Positions 16,747 to 25,217 of a stretch of 64,000 nucleotides of DNA are shown in pieces. The stretch's first letter is position 1. Every line of letters begins with the position of its first letter. Source of the stretch: Oscillospiraceae bacterium (lineage in GTDB: Bacteria; Bacillota; Clostridia; Oscillospirales; CAG-272); assembly GCA_015063645.1 (NCBI GenBank), contig SVTS01000001.1, positions 23,578-87,577 of the forward strand, in the 5' to 3' direction. Under the pieces are notes generated by a model. The model was not told the origin of the DNA. It did no database searches and worked only from the letters and a program-made list of their open reading frames with translations. The position numbers were made by a program, and so were the translations under genes.

Positions 16747-18828
16747 ATGGAAAATATTGTATTCGGTCCGCTGACATTTCAGATAAGTGATCAACGGACA
16801 ATCGCTCTCATGCGCTGTTTCTCTCATGATTATTCGGAACGCAGCGGCGATTCCGCTGAATTTTCGCTCTGTGAGTTTGATATTGCCGGCGGCATTACCT
16901 CCGGAACGAACCGTATGCGCGGATCTGCGGAGGTCAGGAAGCTGCTTTATGCAGGTCATGAGCAGACCGGCAATGTTCTGCGCATAACGCAGCGTTCCGA
17001 TATCGTCGAAGTGATTTCAGAATACACAATTTATGACGACACCAATGCGGTACGGGTTATCCAGACGATCCGCAATATTTCCGATGGGGAAATCTGTCTG
17101 GAAATGGCAAACACCTTTGGTCTTCGTTTCGGTCACGATATGATTGCCGATCACAAAAAGTATTATTTTCACAAGTTCACCAATGCCCGTTATACGGAAG
17201 CGATGCCCGATGTACGCTCCCTCTACGATTTCGGCATGTACTGGCAGAATTCTGTTTTCCGCGTGGAAAACGTAGGCAACATGTCCTCGCCCGAGCATCT
17301 TCCCCAGGGAATTCTGGAAAACAGAGAGGAAAGCGATTTCCTCATGTTCCAGATCGAATCCTATTACGACTGGTTTTATGAGATTTCCTTTGTCAGGAAC
17401 CGTTTCCACCTGCAGATCGGCGGTCCTACGGCACGCCGCCACAGCTGGAACAAAATTCTGCAGCCGGGTGAGGCATACACCACTGTACCGGCAGCGCTTG
17501 CCGGAGGAAAATCGCTGAACGGTGTTCTGGCTGAGATGACACGGTACCGCCGGCATATCAAGCCGGACGGATGTGCTGCTGAGAAGCATCTTCCTTCCAT
17601 TTACAACGAGTACATGCATTATTCCTGGGACGATCCCTTTGAGGAGCGCGTACGCGAGACAGCTCCGTATATTGCAAAGAGCGGCTGTGAATATTATGTT
17701 GTTGACTGCGGATGGCACGATGCACGGGAAGTACATTCTACGGACAGCATGTACAAGCTGTTCGGCACGTGGTATGAAGATCGCGGACGCTTCCCGGATG
17801 GAATCCGTGCCACAACGGAATATGTACGCTCTCTCGGTATGAAATTCGGTCTGTGGATCGCGCCGGAGGCTGTGGGACATAAAAACAAGAAAATGCTGGA
17901 ATATTACGGGGACGAATGTTTCTTCCAGCGGAACGGTAAAAAGATCGCCCACGGTACGGAATATCTGCTGGATTACCGGCATCCCAAGGTACGGGATTAC
18001 ATGACCCGTACGCTGGACCGCATGATCGACGAATACGGCTGTGATTACATCAAATTTGACGGATGTCCCAATCCCGGTCCCGGTACGGATCTGAACGCCA
18101 CTTCCCTCGGTGACGGTCTGGAGAAACAGTCTGCTGCATTCCTGGACTGGGTCAAGGAGATGATGGCGAAGCATCCGGACGTTATATTCGAAGACTGTGC
18201 CGGCGGCGGACAGCGCATGGACTACAGTGCGCTCTCCATCTTCCATCTGATCTCCACTTCCGATCAGACGGAATACAACCGTTATCCCTACATTACGGCA
18301 AATATTTTCGCATCCGTTCTTCCGGAGCAGGCGGCTGTATGGAGTTATCCCGTTTCCAGGACTGTTTACAATGCCGCAGAAAATGATCAGGCGGTAAACG
18401 GACTCGTTTCCCGCGAACTTGTTGTTATCAACATGGTCAATGCGGTTCTCGGGCGTATTCATCTTGCCTCCCGCATTCATCTGCTGGATGAAGAAAAGCA
18501 GGGACTGATCCGCGAGGGAATTGATTTCTACAATCGGATTACGCCGGAGAAGATCACTGCAGTTCCCTATCTGCCTAGGGGATATGCACGGTTCGGTGAT
18601 ACTTTTGCGGCTGCCGGGCTGAAAACGGACAAGAAGGTCTATCTTGCTGTCTGGAATCTCGGCGGAGAGCGCCATGTCAAGCTGGAGCTTCCCGAAATTG
18701 ATGCGGCAGATATCTGTGTGGCATATCCGCGCAATCTTGACACGCATTACTCCTTTGACCGCACATCTGTCACGGTCGATTTCAGTGAGGATGAACAGGC
18801 AAGAATTTTTGAAATTACCCTGGCATAA
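16747..18828 (+). CDS. GH36-like alpha-galactosidase family protein, cytoplasmic
   Basis: 693 aa. YVVDCGWH, FGLWIAPE and YIKFDGC mirror the GH36 blocks (xDDGWF, GLWxEPE, KWDMN). No signal peptide. Confidence 0.6.
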   Translation: MENIVFGPLTFQISDQRTIALMRCFSHDYSERSGDSAEFSLCEFDIAGGITSGTNRMRGSAEVRKLLYAGHEQTGNVLRITQRSDIVEVISEYTIYDDTNAVRVIQTIRNISDGEICLEMANTFGLRFGHDMIADHKKYYFHKFTNARYTEAMPDVRSLYDFGMYWQNSVFRVENVGNMSSPEHLPQGILENREESDFLMFQIESYYDWFYEISFVRNRFHLQIGGPTARRHSWNKILQPGEAYTTVPAALAGGKSLNGVLAEMTRYRRHIKPDGCAAEKHLPSIYNEYMHYSWDDPFEERVRETAPYIAKSGCEYYVVDCGWHDAREVHSTDSMYKLFGTWYEDRGRFPDGIRATTEYVRSLGMKFGLWIAPEAVGHKNKKMLEYYGDECFFQRNGKKIAHGTEYLLDYRHPKVRDYMTRTLDRMIDEYGCDYIKFDGCPNPGPGTDLNATSLGDGLEKQSAAFLDWVKEMMAKHPDVIFEDCAGGGQRMDYSALSIFHLISTSDQTEYNRYPYITANIFASVLPEQAAVWSYPVSRTVYNAAENDQAVNGLVSRELVVINMVNAVLGRIHLASRIHLLDEEKQGLIREGIDFYNRITPEKITAVPYLPRGYARFGDTFAAAGLKTDKKVYLAVWNLGGERHVKLELPEIDAADICVAYPRNLDTHYSFDRTSVTVDFSEDEQARIFEITLA

Positions 18829-18837
18829 AACATGCGA

Positions 18838-18864
18838 AACCTCCCCGGAAGTTCCGGGGAGGTT
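18838..18864. terminator. Hairpin terminator between convergent genes
   Basis: aacctccccgga / tccggggaggtt stem between the GH36-like stop (+) and the AraC stop (-). The U-run is modest. Confidence 0.5.
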
Positions 18865-18869
18865 CAAAT

Positions 18870-19820
18870 TTATGTTTCATTTTTTCTTTCATCTGCCAGG
18901 TACCGTGTAATGCGCTGGCGGTAGGCGGACGGAGATTCTCCTGTGATTTTGGAAAATGCCCGGGAGAAATAGTGCGGATCGTCAAAGCCCACTGCCGCGC
19001 AGACATTTTTCAGAGACATATCCGGTGCATTCAGCATAATTTCCCGTGCGCGGTTGATACGGAATTCTATGATATACTGTGCGGGCGTTTTATCGAATTC
19101 GCTCCGGAAGAGGCGGATCAACTGGGATTTTGACAGATTGCTCACGCGGCACAACTCGTCAAGGGCGATCCGACGGGCATAATTCTGCCGCACATACCAG
19201 ACTGCTTTTTTCAGCGCGGCCGGGACACGGCGAAACTCCGTATAAGTTTCCCGATCGCGCAGCATACGGCAGCTTGCACGGGAGACGATCGAAAGGATCT
19301 GGCAGAAATACAGCATCAGCGGCAAAGCGTTATCCGCGCTGAGTCCGTTCAGCAAAGTCTCCATGCTGGCAGCCACATTACGCAGTTCCCCATTCGTATC
19401 TGTATAAAGCGGCATCAGGTACAGAGGATTTACGGAAAACAGAGAATCCGTTCTGTTCTTCATCAGCGCCGCTTCCGTCTCAGCACGCAGGCGGCTCACT
19501 TCATGTTCTGCTTCTTCAATTTCCAGTTCTCTGATTTTTTCCGATGGAGTGAAATGGATATACATCATTTTGCACATTCCGTCTCCTGCCGGAAAACGGC
19601 GGTAGGATTGCGCTGCCGGAATGAGCAAAGCACTTCCCGGGCTCAGTTCATACTGTTCAGAACCCATTTCCACGGAGCATTCTCCCTCCAGGACTACAAG
19701 GAGAATGGTATACGGATCCGCCACCTGCCAGACAGTACGGCGGACGACGATATACGCTTCCTCAATCTGCGGGAGTGTTTTTATAGAAAAACTGCTGATC
19801 ATTACACGCCTCCATGACAA
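18870..19820 (-). CDS. AraC family transcriptional regulator, divergent from GRE operon
   Basis: 316 aa. N-terminal cupin-like part and C-terminal AraC HTH (ELCRVSNLSKSQLIRLF..., GFDDPHYFSRAFSKITGESP). Confidence 0.85.
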   Translation of the reverse strand: MSWRRVMISSFSIKTLPQIEEAYIVVRRTVWQVADPYTILLVVLEGECSVEMGSEQYELSPGSALLIPAAQSYRRFPAGDGMCKMMYIHFTPSEKIRELEIEEAEHEVSRLRAETEAALMKNRTDSLFSVNPLYLMPLYTDTNGELRNVAASMETLLNGLSADNALPLMLYFCQILSIVSRASCRMLRDRETYTEFRRVPAALKKAVWYVRQNYARRIALDELCRVSNLSKSQLIRLFRSEFDKTPAQYIIEFRINRAREIMLNAPDMSLKNVCAAVGFDDPHYFSRAFSKITGESPSAYRQRITRYLADERKNET

Positions 19821-19850
19821 TTTTGTCCACCACTTCGCGCATTCTGTGTA

Positions 19851-19885
19851 TTTACAATTCTAACATAAAACTGTATAATTGTAAA
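19851..19885 (+). promoter_or_regulatory. Promoter TTTACA-17-TATAAT embedded in a perfect 9-bp inverted repeat (TTTACAATT...AATTGTAAA)
   Basis: -35 at 19851..19856 and -10 at 19874..19879. IR arms at 19851..19859 and 19877..19885. Confidence 0.5.
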
Positions 19886-19980
19886 TAGGAACTGCGGTAT
19901 TTTCTTTTTGATGTTTTTCCGTAAAAAAACATACTGCATAGTATTATCCGTCAATTTATACTGTCAAGGAGAATAGAATT

Positions 19981-21102
19981 ATGAGCAAACTGAGAGTCGC
20001 CGTTATCGGCACAGGTATGATTGCCAACAGTGCACATTTCCCGATTCTGAACATTCTGCGCGAGGAGGGACTTGTTGAAGTTATCGGCGTTGCCGATATT
20101 CGTCCAGAAGCTGCGGCAGAGACCGCCAAGCGCCATGCTGTTCCCAACTGGTATACGGATCCGCAGAAAATGCTGGATGAGCTGCACCCTGATTTTGTTG
20201 CGGTCTGTACGCCGAACATGTATCACAAAGAATGGACGATCAAGGCACTCCGTGCCGGCGCCCATGTTGCCTGCGAAAAGCCTCTGGCACTGACCGTTGC
20301 CGATGCTGCTGAAATGTGGCAGACCGCACGCGACTGCGGAAAGATGCTCTTCCCCTGCCAGTGCATGCGCTGGCGCAACTACATGCAGCAGTCCAAGATT
20401 CTGGTGGACAGCGGTGAGCTTGGTGACGTATATTTCTCTGACATCGCTTTTGTCCGCCGCATAGGCGTTCCTACGTGGGGCATGTTCCACATGAAAGAGC
20501 ACAACTACGGCGGTCCTTTCTGCGATCTGGGTGTTCATCTGATCGATTCTCTGCTCTGGATCGTCGGTGACAAAAAAGTGGAAGCTGTTTCAGGCAGCAC
20601 CTACACGAAGATAGCCAATCAGGGTGAGGACATTCTTCTCAGCATTGCGGAAAGCGGCGCCTACAGCGGCACTTTCACGCCCCGTCCGTACGATTACCGC
20701 GAATTCAACGTGGAGGATTTTTCCACCGGCTTCATGCGCCTTGAAGGCGGCATGAGTGTCAACTTCAAGTTCTCCTGGGCAATCAATCTGCCTACGACCA
20801 ATCTGGACATGGTGATCTGCGGTGACAAGGGTGGTCTGTCTGTAAACGGCGAAACGCTGTACAAGAATATCGGACGTTATCAGACAGAATGCCGGATGAA
20901 ATGGTTTGACAACGGTCAGTACAAAGGCGTTCCCTTTGAGCAGCACCGTTACATGTACCGTCATATTCTTGACGTTCTCGCGGGACGCGATGAATATCTG
21001 ATCCGCGAAGCACAGAATATGGAAGTTACCAAGGCAATTGAATGCTTCTACCGCTCTGCTGAGCTTGGACGCGAAGTCCGTGCCTCCGAGCTGAAAGGAT
21101 AA
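19981..21102 (+). CDS. Gfo/Idh/MocA family NAD(P)-dependent oxidoreductase
   Basis: 373 aa. Rossmann start KLRVAVIGTGMIANSAH and family EKP motif (ACEKPLALT). AAGGAG RBS. Confidence 0.85.
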   Translation: MSKLRVAVIGTGMIANSAHFPILNILREEGLVEVIGVADIRPEAAAETAKRHAVPNWYTDPQKMLDELHPDFVAVCTPNMYHKEWTIKALRAGAHVACEKPLALTVADAAEMWQTARDCGKMLFPCQCMRWRNYMQQSKILVDSGELGDVYFSDIAFVRRIGVPTWGMFHMKEHNYGGPFCDLGVHLIDSLLWIVGDKKVEAVSGSTYTKIANQGEDILLSIAESGAYSGTFTPRPYDYREFNVEDFSTGFMRLEGGMSVNFKFSWAINLPTTNLDMVICGDKGGLSVNGETLYKNIGRYQTECRMKWFDNGQYKGVPFEQHRYMYRHILDVLAGRDEYLIREAQNMEVTKAIECFYRSAELGREVRASELKG

Positions 21103-21110
21103 GGTGGATT

Positions 21111-22205
21111 ATGATTAAAGCTGTTATAATCGGATTCTCCCACATGCATGTGAATGAGATCGCGCAGTACATCAGCGAGCAGCCCGATTTTACTCTGTCG
21201 GCAATCGCTGAGGTCGCCGGAAGCGGTGAGGGGATTCCTCCGCTCCGCTACACGCCTGCATGGAATCTGGCAAATGTAAAAGAAAAATACTGCCGGAACG
21301 AATATGCGGATTACCGCGAGATGCTGGATCGCGAGAAGCCGGACATCGCATTCATTCTGACGGAAAACTGCCAGAAGCCCGATGTTGTGGAAGAATGTGC
21401 GAAGCGCGGTGTCAACGTCTGCATTGAAAAGCCGATGGCTGTTTCCTATGCGGAAGCGAAACGGATTGAAGCCGCTGTAAAGGCACACGGCATCACTGCC
21501 GTTGTGAACTGGCCGGTAATCTGGCGTCCGTATCTGCACAAGCTCTGTGCCGCTGTAGAAAGCGGTATCGTGGGCAAGCCGATCAAGATGCGGTACATAA
21601 ACGGTCACACCGGACCTCTTGGCAAGGGTGCCCGCCACCGCGGCGTTGCTGAAAGCGCGGAGGAAATGACGGATGAGATTCGGGGACGCACCTGGTGGCA
21701 CAATGCCTCCCACGGCGGCGGCGTATTCCTCGACATCAGCTGTTACGGCTGTCTGTTCACGCAGTGGCTCATGGGGGACGGTGCGGAAAGTGTACTGGCA
21801 TATGGCGCTGATCTGAACACTCCCTTCGGTGACACGGCAGACAATGCCGCTGCTATTGTCCGTTTTGCGGATAAGATGTCCGTTATCGAAGGAACCTGGA
21901 CTACGCCCCGCGCACTGATTCCCTCCGGTCCGATGGTCAACTGCACAGACGGTGTGGTCACCTGCACCGGCGGTGCAGAGGACACTCCCGACGTCAAAGC
22001 ATACGATATGTTCGGCAAGGAAGTTGCTCTGCCCGAATATCAGCCGCAGGACAGCATGCGCAACATGCCCTGGCATTGGGCTGCTCACGTACAGGAAGGC
22101 AAACCGTTTTGCCGTATGGTTACGCTGGAGGAGAATCTGCGCGTAATGGCGATTCTTGACGCTGTAATCCGTGCATCCGCCAGCGGAAAAGCAGAAAAAG
22201 TATGA
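21111..22205 (+). CDS. Gfo/Idh/MocA family oxidoreductase (divergent N-terminus)
   Basis: 364 aa. IKAVIIGFSHMH and CIEKPMAVS motifs. Starts 8 nt after the previous gene, with an AAGGTGG RBS. Confidence 0.8.
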   Translation: MIKAVIIGFSHMHVNEIAQYISEQPDFTLSAIAEVAGSGEGIPPLRYTPAWNLANVKEKYCRNEYADYREMLDREKPDIAFILTENCQKPDVVEECAKRGVNVCIEKPMAVSYAEAKRIEAAVKAHGITAVVNWPVIWRPYLHKLCAAVESGIVGKPIKMRYINGHTGPLGKGARHRGVAESAEEMTDEIRGRTWWHNASHGGGVFLDISCYGCLFTQWLMGDGAESVLAYGADLNTPFGDTADNAAAIVRFADKMSVIEGTWTTPRALIPSGPMVNCTDGVVTCTGGAEDTPDVKAYDMFGKEVALPEYQPQDSMRNMPWHWAAHVQEGKPFCRMVTLEENLRVMAILDAVIRASASGKAEKV

Positions 22206-22966
22206 CGGGAATTATTGCGGATATTCAGCGTGCATCCGTCCATGACGGTCCCGGACTGCGCACGACGGTGTTTTTCAAAGGCTGTCCTCTGCGCTGCAGT
22301 TGGTGCCACAATCCGGAATGCATCTCCCCGAAGCCTCAGACACTGTTTTATCCGGACAAATGCATTCACTGCGGCGGATGTGCACAGGGATGCTTTTCCG
22401 GGGCACGTGTTCTCTGCGGGAAGATCATGGACACAGATACGGTTCTCGGCGAGATTCTCGCGGACAAAGATTACTATGGGACGGAAGGCGGTGTTACGTT
22501 CTCCGGCGGCGAACCGCTTCTGCAGGCGGATTTCCTGGCAGAGCTGACTGACGCATGTATTGCCTCCGGAATCCGGTGTGCGATGGAAACGTCGCTCTGG
22601 TTCTTCCGGGAGGATATTTTCACCCGCATGCAGCTTATAATGGCGGATCTGAAAATCTGGGACGGCGAAACCCATCGCCGATACACGGGTGTGTCCAATG
22701 AGCGCATCAGGGAGAATTTCCGTCGTTTGAATGAGCTTGGTATTCCGATTATTGCCCGTACGCCGGTGATTCCGGAGATCAGCCAGGGAATTCCGGAGAT
22801 TTCAGAATTTCTCAGAGGACTTGAGAACGTGAAAAAGTATGAGCTTCTTCCCTATCATCCGCTGGGCAATGCAAAGCTGACGGCACTGGGAATGGGATCT
22901 CCCTCTTTCACCGTACCGGATAAGGAACTTATGAAGGAGTTAAATCAACATGTATTCATACGCTGA
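22202..22966 (+). CDS. Glycyl-radical enzyme activating protein (radical SAM)
   Basis: 254 aa. SVHDGPGLRTTVFFKGCPLRCSWCHNPE (CX3CX2C) and GGVTFSGGEPLLQ. One extra Cys cluster, CIHCGGCAQGC. Its start overlaps the upstream stop (ATGA). Confidence 0.9.
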   Translation: MTGIIADIQRASVHDGPGLRTTVFFKGCPLRCSWCHNPECISPKPQTLFYPDKCIHCGGCAQGCFSGARVLCGKIMDTDTVLGEILADKDYYGTEGGVTFSGGEPLLQADFLAELTDACIASGIRCAMETSLWFFREDIFTRMQLIMADLKIWDGETHRRYTGVSNERIRENFRRLNELGIPIIARTPVIPEISQGIPEISEFLRGLENVKKYELLPYHPLGNAKLTALGMGSPSFTVPDKELMKELNQHVFIR

Positions 22967-25166
22967 CAGACTGCGCGCCATGCGTGAGACGAAGATCCGT
23001 CACACGCTGGAAAAGCGCAAGCAGAACGGATGCACGGATCTGGACGATTTCGGCACGGTGCCGCTCTCGCCCGGTTACTGTGTCATTCCGTGGTACAACA
23101 GTGAAAACGGCAGTTTTTACGGGCTGGACGGCATGGCGGAGAATTTTGTCCGCGTTATCGGTGCACATGAGCCGTATATTGACAAGAATGAAATGCTCTG
23201 CGGACGCTGGCGTGACATGCTGGTCAACTATCGCGGCGATCTGCATTACATGCCTGACTGGCTGAAGAATAATCTGAAGAATCTGGAATTTATCCAGAAA
23301 GGTGCCACCAATCAGTGGAGCAAGCGCTGGGACGAACAGCGTTTCCCCTACGATCATCTGAAGCCGTGGCATGTGAAATACAATATCACCAGCGGTATTG
23401 ACAGTGATGCGCATTTCGCATGCGATTACCGGATCGGTTTTGCGCTCGGCTTCGGCGGTATGCTGGAGAAGATCCGGAAGTACCGTGCGGTAAATCCCGA
23501 CAAAGCTGCTTTTTATGATGCAGAAGAACGCTGCGTCAACGCAATTGTGGACTTTATCCAGCGGCACATTGACCGACTTCACACTATGATCGCTGAGGAA
23601 ACAGACCCCGCTGTTCGCGAAAATCTGAAAACAATGTGCGAGACCTGCGAAAATGTAAAACTCGGGGCTCCGGGCACTTTCCGGGAAGTCTGCCAGTGGA
23701 CTGCATTCTTCAACTGTGCTGCACGCATTTACACCCGTGACGGTGCGGGATTCCAGCTGGATACGCTTCTGCTTCCCTATTATGAGAAAGATGTCAAAGA
23801 CGGAATTCTGGATGATGAAACGGCGAAATTCCTCATTGCCAATCTTCTGCTGATCGATCCGCATTACTATCAGATCTCCGGTGTGGATGAAAATGACCGT
23901 GATGTCACAAACCACCTCTCCTATCTGATTCTCGACGCGGCGGATTCCATCAACATCTCCTGCAATCTGACTGTACGCGTCCATGACAACTGCGATCCGG
24001 CGTTTATCCGCAAAGCGGTCTATTATCTGTTCAAGAACAAGAACGGCTGGCCCCGTTTTGCCAATGATGAAGCCCTCTGCAGCGGATACATGCGCACGGG
24101 TGCCGACAAAAAGACAGCCCGGGAGCGCATTGCCGTAGGCTGCCATTGGATGTGCGTACCGGGCCGGGAATTCCCCATGAACGACACGGTGAAAATCAAC
24201 GTTGCCAAGGTTCTGGAAGAAGCTCTGAAGGATATGCGCGGTGAAAGCGATAAATCCACAGAAAAGCTGTTTGCGCTTTACGAGGCGCATCTGACAAAAG
24301 CTGTGGAAATCACTGCGGCGGGCATCAATCATCATCTGGATCACATCGCGGATGTTACTCCGGAGCTGATTATGAATCTGATGATGCACGGGACTCTGGA
24401 AAAGGGAGAAGACATTTCCCGCTGTGCGGAGCTTTATACGGTCGGTATTGACGGCGCCGGTCTTGCGGTTGTTGCCGATTCATTCGGCGCACTGCAGGCG
24501 CGCATTGAAAATGAACATCTGCTGTCCTGGGAGGATATGTACGCCGCGCTGGACGATAATTTCGCCAATGAGCGTACGCGCGCTATGATGCAGTCTGCCC
24601 CCCGTTACTGCGGCGGAAACACTGTTTCGGATGCTTGGGCGAAGCGTCTGACCGAAAGCTGGGTACGCATTGTCCGCGCACAGGCGATGCCGGAGGGACG
24701 CCAGATGGTTCCCGGCTGGTTCAGCTGGTCCAGAACGATCGAATACGGTTCCAAGGTTGGTGCTACGCCCAACGGACGCCGTGCCGGTGAGCCGATCTCC
24801 CACGGTGCGAATCCGAATCCGCATTTCCGGCAGGATGGTGCTGTCACAGCGCTCGCCGGCGGTATTGCGGCAGTTCAGTGCGGCTGGGGCAACACGGCTC
24901 CGCTGCAGCTTGAGTTTGATCCCCAAATCACAGTAGAAGAAGGCGGCGTTGAGCGCGTCACGGAGCTGCTTCTCTCTCATTTCCGGCAGGGCGGAACGTT
25001 GATCAACATCAACATTCTGGATGGTGAAAAGCTGCTTGCGGCGCACAGGGATCCCGATCTGTATCCGGATCTGGTAGTCCGCGTTACGGGATTCACGGCA
25101 TATTTCGCCAGCCTTTCCCCCGCATTCCGTCAACTGGTTGTCAACCGTTTTCTGGAAGGAATCTGA
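22950..25166 (+). CDS. Glycyl radical enzyme (PFL-like fold), function unknown, non-canonical Cys loop
   Basis: 738 aa. C-terminal fingerprint VVRVTGFTAYF (Gly714 codon at 25089..25091). Cys loop AVGCHWMCVPG (Cys398 codon at 24141..24143). AAGGAG RBS, and a 17-nt overlap with the activase gene. Confidence 0.9.
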   Translation: MYSYADRLRAMRETKIRHTLEKRKQNGCTDLDDFGTVPLSPGYCVIPWYNSENGSFYGLDGMAENFVRVIGAHEPYIDKNEMLCGRWRDMLVNYRGDLHYMPDWLKNNLKNLEFIQKGATNQWSKRWDEQRFPYDHLKPWHVKYNITSGIDSDAHFACDYRIGFALGFGGMLEKIRKYRAVNPDKAAFYDAEERCVNAIVDFIQRHIDRLHTMIAEETDPAVRENLKTMCETCENVKLGAPGTFREVCQWTAFFNCAARIYTRDGAGFQLDTLLLPYYEKDVKDGILDDETAKFLIANLLLIDPHYYQISGVDENDRDVTNHLSYLILDAADSINISCNLTVRVHDNCDPAFIRKAVYYLFKNKNGWPRFANDEALCSGYMRTGADKKTARERIAVGCHWMCVPGREFPMNDTVKINVAKVLEEALKDMRGESDKSTEKLFALYEAHLTKAVEITAAGINHHLDHIADVTPELIMNLMMHGTLEKGEDISRCAELYTVGIDGAGLAVVADSFGALQARIENEHLLSWEDMYAALDDNFANERTRAMMQSAPRYCGGNTVSDAWAKRLTESWVRIVRAQAMPEGRQMVPGWFSWSRTIEYGSKVGATPNGRRAGEPISHGANPNPHFRQDGAVTALAGGIAAVQCGWGNTAPLQLEFDPQITVEEGGVERVTELLLSHFRQGGTLININILDGEKLLAAHRDPDLYPDLVVRVTGFTAYFASLSPAFRQLVVNRFLEGI

Positions 25167-25177
25167 TGGATATACAA

Positions 25178-25207
25178 AAACGCGCTTGCAAAGCAAGTGC
25201 GTTTTTT
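25178..25207. terminator. Rho-independent terminator after GRE operon
   Basis: acgcgcttgc-aaa-gcaagtgcgt stem (one mismatch) followed by TTTTTT. Confidence 0.55.
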
Positions 25208-25217
25208 CATACTTTTA

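Noticed and set aside
22769-22800. Direct 11-nt repeat ATTCCGGAGAT with 21-nt period in the activase gene, giving IPEISQGIPEIS.
   Set aside because: It is a short in-frame duplication in a variable C-terminal region. There is no evidence of functional or slippage significance.
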